Under the pieces are notes generated by a model. The model did no database searches and was not told where the DNA came from. It saw nothing but the letters and a program-made list of their open reading frames with translations. This document shows positions 37,901 through 49,697 of a DNA stretch of 64,000 nt, piece by piece. Source of the DNA: Balanoglossus misakiensis (Eukaryota > Animalia > Hemichordata); NCBI GenBank assembly GCA_040954595.2, contig CM082581.2:4146699-4210698 (forward strand), read 5' to 3'. Numbering within the stretch: position 1 is the first letter of the stretch; every line of letters starts with the position of its first letter. The position numbers and the translations under genes are program-made.

Positions 37901-40813
37901 AGTCTCGCTGAAACGAATGTGGCGTCCGTCAGTTCCAGTGAAATTGACTTCCAGTACGTACTTTAACAATTCCCACGGTTGCAATTGGTCTAACTTTGGA
38001 CACGTTCCATTGAAGAGTAGGCCGTCTGGTTCAACGCAAGTCCGGATATCTTCCAGGGCCGTGGCGATTGCGTAGACAGCCAAATAGGTACGGTAAGTGC
38101 CCCAAAGACCCGTGGGCTTATATGAAGGTGTTTCCTTGATGCTGTTATCCACAGAACACACAGACTGTTCCGTGATGCGTACTTCTGGGGTGACGCTTGC
38201 GTTTTTAGCCAAGGCGCTTGGTTGCTCCGGTAACACGCAGTCAAATGACGTTTCCCAAAGTTCGTTCAGAAATGGATTAGAAAAGTTGTTCCTGAAGGGA
38301 TTGAGATCTTCGAGATAATCACCAAATCCGGGAATCTCGCCGAGGGTCAGTAGAATGCCGTAAGTTCCGACGATAACCCGCAGATCCAGAGCGGAGATCT
38401 CGTTGTTATCGGCCCAAGCCTCGCTGGCGATCCAAATACGATCTATAGATGGGAGAAACACACATTCTATATGAGCGGGTAATGACAACACTCTAACGCA
38501 GTTAATCAATCACATTTACGCAGAAGAAAAACGCTATCGGCAATATTTAATCAAAACCGTATTACTTTTCATTCTATTTCCGCACTGGTGGCGCTTACTA
38601 AGTAAATGATACCGTCAGTATACTAAGAAAACTGGTCACCGTCCATTTGATATTAAAGCATGGCACGCGAATCGGATTATCAATAGTGACAGTTTCACCG
38701 GGAAAATTATCATGTACACCGTTAGGCACTCGAACCATGTTAAAAGATGGCACTGCAGGTTACATTCGCGATAGTAGACGCGGAATCGCCCACAAATGGT
38801 AGGTTTCCATGGAGCAGTGTACCTGAAATTTATTTTCATGTGGTTACTTCAGTCAACACCGACATTCGGATATCCTTTTGCATACGAATCAACCTAAGAC
38901 TTTTAAGCAGGTCACTTCCGTGATTAGGTGCTAGCTAGGTCCGTTCCGTGATTAGGTGATAGCTATCGTTCTACTTCCCACCGATACCACATTCCCTGTT
39001 TCAAAAGACAGTGCCAATAAGCTTCTGATGCCAAACGTACAGTAATAACGTTTTCTAATTTATGAAGTGTAAATCGACGTCTCTCATAAAATGTCTCCCA
39101 TGCGAGAGTTCGGAGACGGGGTGTGATTTGTAAAGACCGTTCGGAATACATGTGGAGTTACGATGCGACCCCGGGTGCGACTAGCCCCGCGTATACATCT
39201 GCATGCCCCCGGCGTTACACGGCCACCTGGTGGAGACTTTTAAACACTTGTCGGGAGCACCCAGACCTGTTCGCAGGGCTACGATGCGACCAGTTGAAGA
39301 ACTGCAACGGGAACACCGAAGTATAGTTTCAGTGTCAGGCGATTTCATTATACACGTGAGACCAGGTCTTCGGGCTGTTAAACTAAGCCCAGAGACCATC
39401 AACTATGAAGTTACTTCTGAACTAGTCTAGTTTCGCGTTTGCTCACTCGCGCCACGTCCAGCCACATGCCCTGTTTGCATGTCAAAGGACTTCAACCAAT
39501 CATGATTATCACGTCATAATTAGCGAGAGTGTGAGCTCGAGCATCACCTGCATTGACCTGAGTTTCTATTGTTGGAATTCTTTTACATGCAAATTGCTTA
39601 CGCCTGATGAACCGTTCTTTACAACTGAAGCCCTAGATAATTTGCAGTAACAGGTCTTACGAAAGACCGCACCCTGACAAGTTTAATTAAATTGGGTAAT
39701 ACCTCCTTCCAGGAGAGCGTCATTTTTATATCGATATGCGTATAAAAAGTATAGGAACGCGGCTGGAAAGTCGGTTTGGAAATATCGCCACACAGATTGG
39801 ATGCTCTTCACACCAAAACTGCAGACAGGAGAATTTTGGTCCGTACGAAGCCCGAGTCATATCATGACATATAATTAAGCTACAGAAAACGAATGCCACA
39901 AATGTTCGATTAAAAATAACCAAACAACATTCACCAACATACCTGTAATGCCTTGTCTTGCCACTTCTTCCAGAATTAATTTGATTTTTGCAAAATGAAT
40001 GAATGTCACCAAAACTTTTGCGTCAGGATTGTTCGCTATCGTCGACACAACATCCTTGATTTCTTCCTCTGTCGGGAATGACGTCACCAGTTTGCGGAAC
40101 GAAATGCAGCCATCTCTGACTTCCACCTCCCGAATAAACTGTTCAATGCCCGGGCGACCGTAAGAATCGTCGACGGCTATCGTACCCACCCACTCCCACC
40201 CAAAATGGCGGACTAATTCCGCCATAGCAACGGCTTGGTTGGCATCGCTGGGCACCGTTCTGAAGAAAGATTTGTAAAGTATCCTGTCGCTCAACAGCCG
40301 ACTTGTAGAGCTGTAGCTGATGATGGGCACGTTGAAAATTCCCATGACACTTGCCACGGGAACCGAAGTGGCCGAGTTGCTGGCTCCAATCACGGCAATT
40401 GTTCGCCCGTCGCCAAAGTGAATGTCGTCTGTATCTAAACTTGCGACGAAGTCGATGGCGCCTTCCAGGGACTTGGAAACCGCCGAACATGTGTCGCGAA
40501 TATCATAACCGAGGGTCACATTCGGCAATATGTCGTCTCTCTTGTTGATCTCTTCAATGGCGTAAATCATTGCTTGGGAACGGCGAAAGCCTTTGTAATC
40601 AAAACTGGTGCACTTCTCGGTGATGGGGCCAGAGTGCAAGTGGTCACCGTCGACTGCGATGCGTGAATGGAAAGAAAATAAACCGCCGATCATCAGGTCG
40701 CCGTGTTTGTAAACTCTCTGATTGTCCGTAGCTGTGTCACCTGAAATATCTCGAATGCTTGAGAGGGATATCCATACGACCAGGTAGGTGGCGGTGTTCC
40801 TGCTGCAAAACAT
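34935..40813 (-). CDS. Extracellular calcium-sensing-receptor-like class C GPCR (about 1180 aa): Venus flytrap, cysteine-rich domain, 7TM and long C-tail. Coding exons 39943-40813, 37733-38442, 37078-37201, 34935-36772
   Basis: CaSR-family motifs: GDLMIGGLF, GFRRSQAMIYAIEEIN..ILPNVTLGYDIRDTC, SYSSTSRLLS..YKSFFRTVPSD, WEWVGTIAVDDSYG, WIASEAW, CRD IPVSVCSQPCSPGTRKG..NCCFECVPC, TPVVKASN, RLPENFNETK, FGPKCFII. Splice sites are GT-AG with phases 1/0/1, and the CRD exon is 124 nt as in vertebrate CASR. The ATG at 40813 is followed by a signal-peptide-like segment. Confidence 0.92.
36807..36908. mobile_element. MITE family C, truncated copy in the last intron of the CaSR-like gene
   Basis: Shares ttttacttacgcggt..gtattc, the inverted loop (tgtcgcctcacact) and aagtaaaagacgtcgcc..accctacatctgattttaatcagattg with 32899-33050. 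Confidence 0.75.
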
Positions 40814-41316
40814 CGTTGGTGTGAAGAGATCCCCGGGCCAAGTGATTCCCCCTCGCTTGCTTGTGCAGCCTGTAGCCTTGGAATGGAATGATCCACTCAA
40901 GCCGTTAGGAATGGCCACTTAGTCAATGGAATGGTCCACTGCTGCCGATGGAATAGTCCTGTTCAAGGGGAATTTTTCAATCCCTGGTTCTTTCATTAGT
41001 TCTTGCTGACAAAATCTAGCGTTTTTGTTTTGGAAAGCATTGATTTCCATTTAAATATTTATCAAGTTCATTAATTAGTTTGCTTTTCATCTTTAACCTT
41101 GTTTCCCTTTCGCGTACCAAAGTATCACGGTTGTCCAAAATTAGTGGACTCTTGCATCTGTATTTGCTACATGGGTTCTGCGGGGGAAATTAGAAAGCAA
41201 TCATTAGCATATAACTGATTTGAAAATTGCTTCAAAGAGGAAAAAACAAGAGGAAAAAATGTATATTGTTGGAAAACCACAGTCGATTATAATGATCGTT
41301 ATCACAGCGCAAGACC

Positions 41317-41427
41317 CTGTCAGCCAATCAGAGACCTGGATCGCCGTGGATTATAACCTGTAACCCATTCTTCAGTAATGCGCCTGGCCAATCCGCGGAA
41401 CGGTCCTTGCTTCTGATTGGTTGACAG
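41317..41427. repeat. Fold-back element containing CCAAT boxes, upstream of the first CaSR-like coding exon
   Basis: Outer arms ctgtcagccaatcaga / tctgattggttgacag and inner arms ccgtggatt / aatccgcgg. Confidence 0.55.
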
Positions 41428-41482
41428 TATCATGTCACCTGAAATGATGGTACATGTATGCAACAGACTGCGCACCTCGGGC

Positions 41483-41650
41483 TATACGGTCACCTATCGA
41501 AAATTAGCTATAGTTACCATGGCAAATTGAGATCTTGCCTATCACAGATTTTCAGTGGGTGGCACACGACAAAAAAAGAGCGTCACCATTTGTCCTTAGA
41601 GTGCTTAGAAACGCGATTTCAGCCATATATGGGCGTATGTAAATTGGAGA
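41483..41650 (-). mobile_element. MITE family A, copy 3 (inverted, truncated)
   Basis: tatacggtcacctat...gttaccatggcaaattgagatc...cacagattttcagtgggtggcacacg...tatgtaaattggag is the reverse complement of copies 1 and 2. Confidence 0.8.
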
Positions 41651-42234
41651 TTCTGCCATTTACATGTACATTGCGTGAAAATCTTCTTTTTAAAAATCAT
41701 TAACTGTTCCCAAACCACAACGCTGACTTCTGGGTTAGGGAATGCCCGAGACGACGGGAGAGGGAGATGGCGGGGAAGTGGGAGAGGGGGGAGGGGGGGG
41801 GATAGTGAGAGAGAGGAAGTGAAAATCTCAACAATTCATAGATAGAGAAAACGCAAACGATATAGGGAGCGCTAAATTTCCATGTTAAAGCTGCACAGTT
41901 GATGATAATGACAATTTACTTTGGTAGCATAAAACTCTTAACTTTTGTTTGTATAATACTTTACTTGCCGAAATAAAATAACTCACGAGTGATTTGGTCA
42001 GTTGCCATGGTTCAGAATGTAAAAAATTAATAAAAATGAATTTTATGGGTACGTACCCATATATTTTTATAAACACACAAATATTGCGACGTAAACGTTA
42101 CGTCATACAATGAATACAGTGAATACCGCACTTTGTTTATTTTGCAACAAAGTTACCGTTTCAAACGTTCGTAATCCCACTGTGAGATTGTCTGTAGTCT
42201 ACTCTGAACCTTGTATGAGGATGTTTTGCACTGA

Positions 42235-42444
42235 CAACCAAGGAAACTTCCTAATGATGAAGAGCAATATATCAAGTATTTAAAACGACAAACTCTTTCG
42301 ATTTCATATGAAGAAATTCAACAAAAATTGGCGGAATTTTCGCAAGCAGACGTGTCTATACCCACCGTCTGTCGAACCGTCAGAAATCGTTTGTCCGACA
42401 AAACGTGGACTTGGAAAAAAATGGCGTGTTGCAAACGACGAGAG
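42235..42444 (+). mobile_element. Remnant of a Tc1/IS630-superfamily transposase (DNA-binding HTH region only)
   Basis: An open frame without its own ATG reads QPRKLPNDEEQYIKYLKRQTLSISYEEIQQKLAEFSQADVSIPTVCRTVRNRLSDKTWTWKKM. This fits the 'RPRKL...EI..KL....VS..TV.R......T.KK' pattern of IS630/Tc1 transposases. No DDE domain is recognisable downstream. Confidence 0.65.
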
Positions 42445-45400
42445 TTGTTTAGCGTGTCGAATGCTGCTCTACGAAGCTCGCAGTTACCTTCTGACCGGGA
42501 CATTTACGCTTGAACGGACTGGGTTCCCCCACTTCAGGTCGGTATATTCCTCTGAAGCAGAGACGTGAATTGCTAGTTCCGCGGGTTGCAGTGTATCCCG
42601 TCTGTTGAACTTTCTTTTAGAGAATCGACGTATTGCGAAGAGAGACGATTGAAATGAGAATTAGCGGTGTAGGATATAGAGACGACGTACCAAACTGCCG
42701 TGTTGTATTCTGAATTTGTGTTGTTGAAATGAAATACAACGGAAGAGTTTGAACCGCATCGCTGTATGGACTGATAGTTTTGTGGCAAATTCGGGCGTGC
42801 GAGGCCGCCGCTAACCTTGCAGCGATCACCCGGCCGCTTGAGAACTTTCTCGACCTACGCATGAACTTGTTTGTGGCAGCAAAATATATGAACTCAGCGT
42901 GACAGGTTACATTGTTTGAAAAATAACGTCGGCGCGTCGTCGCGCCCAGCGGATTTTTTTTTCAGATCTGGCTTTTTCAACGTTTGTTTGGCGTTCATGA
43001 TTAGTATAAATCCATGTTCTTGTTCCGCTATTTCCATTCCGAAAACCCCAAAGTTTTAAACGTGTACACTTTGACTAGAAAAGGCCTCAGACACCTTCAT
43101 ATGCTGTCTGGCAGCCGGGGTGGGATATCCGACTGCGGTGCAGCTCAAAGTGGCGTGGAGCTGGTCATGTTGGGAACAGTGCTGCCGGCCGGTGGATCGA
43201 CGTCTTACATTGTCTTAGCCTACACTTTCATACCCGCCGGCGTGCGGCAATCGGCAAGGAACGTCTCCAATTCACGCTCGACCGCGCCTGGTCTCGTGAT
43301 TGTGACGTCACAGTTTCCGTGTAGTATCGGCGGTTCATGTAAACATGTTGTTTACCATCGGACTTTTTCTATGAAGCTTATATCGTTATATGAGTACATT
43401 TGACCCGAGTCCATGGGTAGGGCAATTATTTTCATGTTAAAGGTTTGTATATCGATGTTTATTTCACAAAACACAAATATACCCAAAATGGAATTTGCCA
43501 TCAACTGTGCAGCTTTAATGGCCAGTCATGCTGAACAACGTATGAACGTTGAAGAGCCATTAACGCGTAAAACCGAAAGGAAAGCGCCCCTACCATTACG
43601 ATGCTAAATGTGTGTTATTCCCCAATCTTGTCTCAATTGATGCGCGGTCTGTTTGGCGCCAAATGGAAGGGATTCGTATTAGACGCGTACAATTGCATCA
43701 ATCAACATCCTGGCAGGAAATATCAGAAAATTTACTGCTACGCGCTGTTGTTCATAGAGAACCCCAAAAAGCCTTTCTAGGTACACACAGCGCAATGCAC
43801 TCAGTGTGACAGGCACACGAGTACGAGCAAACTACGTGGAGCAAATAAACGATTCCAGTGAAAATCTGCAAGCACAGCCCCGGGCGAAATCTCAACAAAT
43901 ATGCGTCACACAGAGTTACGATCAATACTTCTGGAATATAGAATTCCAGAAAAGGCGATTATCAGTGCTTTAGTGAAAATTGAAAAAGGCACAATACAGC
44001 AATCATGGAATATCAATTTATTCTGACATTTTAGTTGGGTTCGGTAAATTAGAAAGCAAACTTAAATCGAACAACAAACAAGACTGCGATGAAAGGGGAA
44101 AGGCGAGTATGTCAGCCTGAGGAAAAACAGTTATTAGTTGGGATAGCTTGTTGGTGAGCCCAAGTTTGCGAATCGCGAGGATGGATTTGTGAATACAGGT
44201 TGTGGTCAACTATATTTTATATTTTGTCTTTCAAGGAACATTTCGGCGACCGAATTTGCAGCTAATTTAAAGCATCTTAGAGAACTTCTGGAAAACAACG
44301 GATCCGAGGGGAAAGGATCAATAAATCCATATTCTAATTTCGAGAACTCTAATATTCACATTTGCGAACTCGGGTAGGATCAATGTGTCGGCCCCAGTCA
44401 TTTCTTTCCCACCTATCAATAAACACAGAATAGCGGAAGATAAAATCCATTTAGAGCGCACAGGATTCGATGGAGTATTAGAGCAGGATTGCACGATATT
44501 CAGATAAACTTGCGCGGATTGTGTTTTTTTTAAAGACGCGGTTGCACACGCTTCGACAAATAGAATGCCAGAACACTATAACACGATCGGCCGTTCTATA
44601 AAGTTGACCACCTGTTGTTTCCAATATCTAGTTTTCTCTGTCGCCATTTTTATCTGAAAACAGTTCTGCCTGGTATCACACGACGTGGAAAGAACGCTAA
44701 CCTATACATTTGCATCAGATACTAATCTGCGCTTGTGAAAAAAAGTCTCCATTGTTAAACTGTTAGCTGAAAATTATTAAATTTACATTATTCTCACCAA
44801 TGTAGAACCTCCGACCCTCTGGAGCGTGTCCCGATGTCTGTGTGGAAAAAGCGCGATGCTGCGAGATATTCTTTAAATGTAAATAACCGTGTTGCTTGTC
44901 AAAGCAAAATATATAGCTAGGTCAGGTCTGTAAAGCGAGATATAAGTTTGGGCTTTCATCGTAATTAATGCGAAGAACGGAAACGAAAAATAAGATTGGG
45001 ACCATCTCTGTAGGTTATTTTAGGATATTTGTCAATAAAGTTAGGATGTACAACTCTCAAGGGAAACTATTTGAACACACAAGAGCGAATGGACAAAGAG
45101 AACTGTGCGTAGTTTGAGCACAGTGGTTTAAATTGACATCATTTGTGAGTTCTAGTGACGTGATTAACACCAGTGACACCGTCTTATGAACAGTGTCAAT
45201 ATGCACGGGGTTGCCCGCCAAAATAGATTTTGACATTTCATGTAATTGGATTATTTTTTCAACCCACACATTAGCCCTAGACGCTCATTATTTATGCAAA
45301 AAATCCCAACATGACGTCTGATAATATCTCGTTTTATTTTCATAACATCGCGGGTATAGAACAGGAACATTTTACGCCATGTTCAAAACGGGGGTACCCC

Positions 45401-46624
45401 CACCCACTGCTTTTGCGATCTTAGAGTCACAAATCTATATTTTAAAAAGAGATATTACACACTTAGTGTAGAAATTCTCAATCAAGATACATGTTCCTAG
45501 TAGAGAAATATACGGTGTAGAATTAAAATAAAGCGATGGTGACCAGTCCCATACTGTTGTCTTGAAAGAACATTACGGTTTCAAGGAATAGTAAATCCAT
45601 TTTAAATATTGGCAAAGTTGTCTAATAATCTCGCATTTTTCGTTTTTCATTTACAGAAAGTTGTCGTATAGGTATTTGTTTTACAAATTAGGGCCATTCA
45701 CTCAGAATATTCGCACTATTGGAAACACTTGGTAAAGATAATTAAATCACACATGTATTTGTTTCCAATAATGCAGTGTATCAAAACAAAATTTAAATCA
45801 ATAACTTGGTAAATATGGCGTTCACGCAAATAAATGATTTCACTGAAAATTTTTATCGTCAATTGTCTGCTTATTATTTGCACATTTAATTTTTTTTTTA
45901 GGAAGGCTGTGTATCTAGAAACACTAAACCCCTTTCACGAAACTTGCCGCAAACACTATAGGGATGGAAGATGTAATTGTATCAATATGGACTATTATCA
46001 GTTTTATATTACTGATATATTGCGTTCTTACATTTCAAAAACACGGAAAGCACATTTATTTCATTGTCTTGTCCTCGATATCTGATATGAGTGACATAGA
46101 TTCGAGATGCTCTCTCTATATAAAAATTATCGAGAAGGGGTTCATTATACAAGACGCAGCGTTGCTTTCAAAGTAGATATTCAAAAGAGTATAGACGCCA
46201 CCAGTGATCATGTCCTGTCACGGACACGCCGCTGTTCATGACTCCAAGAGTAAACGTGTTCAAGATGAAATCAAGGAAAACGTGGAAATGAAGAGAAGTG
46301 TGGGTTTTGTGGCAATGTGGAATGTCTCACATACTCTTCGAAATGGAATGATCGGTCGTCATTTTCACTAAGACATGATTTGCATGAGTGTCAACGAGAG
46401 ACAAATCAACTTGTCTCATTTGGCGAATTTTAACAAATCGCCACGTAAACTGCAATGCTACCTTAATGTTGCGTTCTCTTTCTTGATCTGCATATTAATG
46501 ACCCGACATTCATCAAATTATATCAGAACAAAGATGTTTTAGTTATTGTCACAAATATACTAAATTTTTCATCGGAATGTAAATCCACTATAACATCTAC
46601 ATCTAACATTATGGGATTTTAAAA

Positions 46625-47032
46625 TAAAAATGCCTTTAGTGGGCCATATTAATTTGTATACAAATCAAAGTGACAGGCGAACGGGCAAAATGAACCTACT
46701 AACAACAAAGAAACCTTCGGTTACTTGGATGTCAGAAAAGGCAACCCTTAGGCTGTTGAACATTAGTGTCTTTCAATAGTGAATGTGTTAATTTGCGGCC
46801 TATCTTGTCAGTGTTGTTTTCCGTTCACGTTTCGCCAGACTGTTTTGAACATCGTGAGCTTATACTGTAATAATGACAATCTTGTCACATTAACGTAATC
46901 CTGGATATCAGAAAAATCTGCAAGCTATTGAGCAAAATCGGGGTTAAAAGAAAAGTGCCTATAATAGGACATATTAATTTGAGTCTCAAATCCAAGTGAC
47001 AGCCGATCAGCAAACAAAGAAACTTTCAGTTG
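46625..47032. repeat. Diverged direct duplication (about 90-100-bp unit, about 325-bp spacing)
   Basis: aaaatgcctttagtgggccatattaatttgtatacaaatcaaagtgacag..aacaaagaaaccttcggtt versus aaagtgcctataataggacatattaatttgagtctcaaatccaagtgacag..aacaaagaaactttcagtt. Confidence 0.65.
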
Positions 47033-49584
47033 ATTTGACTCAATTTTATTACAGGGTCATGAAGAAAAATGACGTGATCTACTGAAGCAGCTATTTACAA
47101 TATCGCAGGATATACTCATATCACAGATTGATCCACATTCAACTAAATGGATCGCCTTTCAGTACATTTTGCTCGGATATCAGCGGCGGAGACAGTGGCG
47201 GTTCATAGCCCTTGTTCCGACAAGGCTGTGTGTTTAAAACACGCTTCCGAAACAAAGCGTAGAACACGCGCTATTTTGGGCTACGTTCATTTTACTTTTC
47301 CTCTCTCATGTTTCCGGCAAATAACCTTTATTGGTGGGCAGGTAGCCACACGCACATAAGAAATATTGCAATTTCGTTTGTTTTCTCACATTTTTTGTCA
47401 TTTATGACGCAGCAAAGGTAAATTACAGTAGCCTAAAGCTGTAGGCCTATACGTTATTAACTATCTTCTCTTTTTTACCGTAGAATCAATTGTCAAGAAA
47501 TCACTCTCTTCTTCTCCCTCTTCTCTTCTCTCCCTGTCTCAGTATCTCTTTCTGTCTTTCTCTCAAAGCTTTTACTGGTAATGGTTTTACAAGTGTTAGA
47601 CTCTTAGTACATGTAACTTTACGAGGGATTTTATGATCGATTTCCAACGAACAATTGGAAAGATTGAGAGTTGCTGCTGCGCTTTGCAAGTGTACATGTA
47701 CATTTACTGCTGAATATACCGTGCGTGCTGTGCATGAATAATTGTAATTAAAGCATGTTGATTAATCAGGTCAGAGATAAGATTTCATTAACCGTCGAAT
47801 TATTAAAATGCAAATGTCGATAACGGAACAGTTTAATTTAATAACAGGATTCAATTAAACGCACAGAAAGCATTTAATTGATTATAAGGATACATTCAGT
47901 GAAAACAAACCATTTCACGTGATAAAAATCTATCTACCGTGTCAATAGAGTTAGTAAACATTTGGTTGGCCCGTGTGTTACTAATCTTCACGATTCAATT
48001 TTGAAATCAAGGTGGGTCCAGACGTATACACACATGTACTGACGTCATGATCTACAGCTATCTCCGTCAGGACATCTCGCAAATGGCCTCAGCAATTGAC
48101 AAACATTCATGACATGAAGTAATTTAAACGATCGGTAGAAACCACCTTCGCCAAAAAAAATCGGCTCAGACGTGTCCTAGCAATGGCTGTGCTATGTTGA
48201 TATGAAAAGAAATTACGTGGAACATTGAATTGTGTTTATAAATAATACAGTACGTTCGTACAACATACACTCAGGGATTCTCTGAGCACGAAAAATCTAG
48301 TACTAGTATGACCGCCAATTAGCCAGGTAATACTGTATCCTGAAACACGGTGACATGTCACGCGTTTAAAAAAAACATGTAGGAACACGTTCGATCAATG
48401 TAGAGCTATTTTAGCCTCAATATGATTATACAGACTAAAAACATAAAAGACGTTGGAAATCGTGAATGCCAATCAGTAACACTTGATTAACCCATAAATA
48501 GAAAAACCACGTTGTGATTCTAAGAAATATTTTCATTTCATTTTATGCCGAGCAATTATTTTGACAAAGCACTGAAAGCGAGATTTTCCAATTTGTAAAA
48601 CATTGGCCCTTTGACTGAAAAACGTGGTGAGTCAGAGGTTTCCTAGCAAATTATGATATTGTTAATCCCATACAATGAAAATTGAGTAAACTAGTTACTT
48701 CTGGGTCATCAAGCGCGGTCTGTTATTCGAACAAATGTAAAATGCTGCAAGACAGCTCAGTTTTGAGATATTTGTAGATTTTGGTTCCTTCGAAACAGCT
48801 TGAGAAGAAGCTGAATGATGGCTTGATAGGATAAGCCGTGCTGATAGCAATCAGGATTGTCAATTTGAATGATGTAACGAATAAAGCAGACCAAGTCAAT
48901 CTGTGGACTGACATACACAGTACACACAGAAAGACTGAAGTAGATTCGGAACGTATTCTCGGTGAAATAAAATAGCTGCAGCGGAAATGGATCATTGAGA
49001 TTCGATTTCAATAGATATCAGAGCTTCATAAAGTAAAGTGTCAGTCCAGCAGACGTCGACAGTTAGTTTTCTGACGGCTGAACAAAGCAAATGTCTAGAT
49101 GCGAGATGAGATGTCCCATTCTCTTTATCTGGTCATTCGTTCGTGATACTGTCAAAATATCCACGCTGTACGTAAAATTTCGTTTCACAATAAGTAGCGC
49201 ACCGTCGAGCGTTACCCTCTCGTCTATCCCCCTCCTCCCCCTCCCCTGGACGGAAGTATTCCTTGCATACTACAAAATTCTCTAATCCAGTTTCAGTTAC
49301 ATTATTGTAAAGTGGATATTTTCTTCTTTTTTTATCGACCATAATTTGTGCTTCCTATACATCGAAACGAAACTTATCTGCGACAGACGCAACTTCTTGC
49401 CCAAATTATTTATTATATCAAAATTTGGCGTGGACACTGCCGCAGATGAGTGACAAGTTTCACACCAGGAAGATAAATTTTCTATTTTTCAAATTAATAG
49501 AATCCGATTTTGAATCCGTGGTAATTTGTTTTTTTTTTACAAAGAATGTGCTTTATTTTCCCCTTTCCCGACTGACGAAAAGAA

Positions 49585-49697
49585 ACAAATCAAACCAAAT
49601 CTAAGCTTAATAAACTGAACTGAACTAAATTAAACTAAGCTAAGCTAAGTTAGGCTATTAAAGCTAAGCTAAGCTAAACTAACCCAACTCAACTCAA
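49585..49697. repeat. Degenerate pentanucleotide repeat (CTAAG/CTGAA/CTCAA)
   Basis: aactgaactgaactaaattaaactaagctaagctaag...ctcaactcaa. Confidence 0.7.

Noticed and set aside
38917-38966. 28-bp tandem duplication (ttccgtgattaggtg.tagcta) as a possible CRISPR-like array
   Set aside because: Only two units, no spacers, and inside a eukaryotic intron; a simple local duplication.
40814-40918. N-terminal extension of the CaSR-like ORF
   Set aside because: Begins at GTG; the ATG at 40813 gives a plausible signal peptide.
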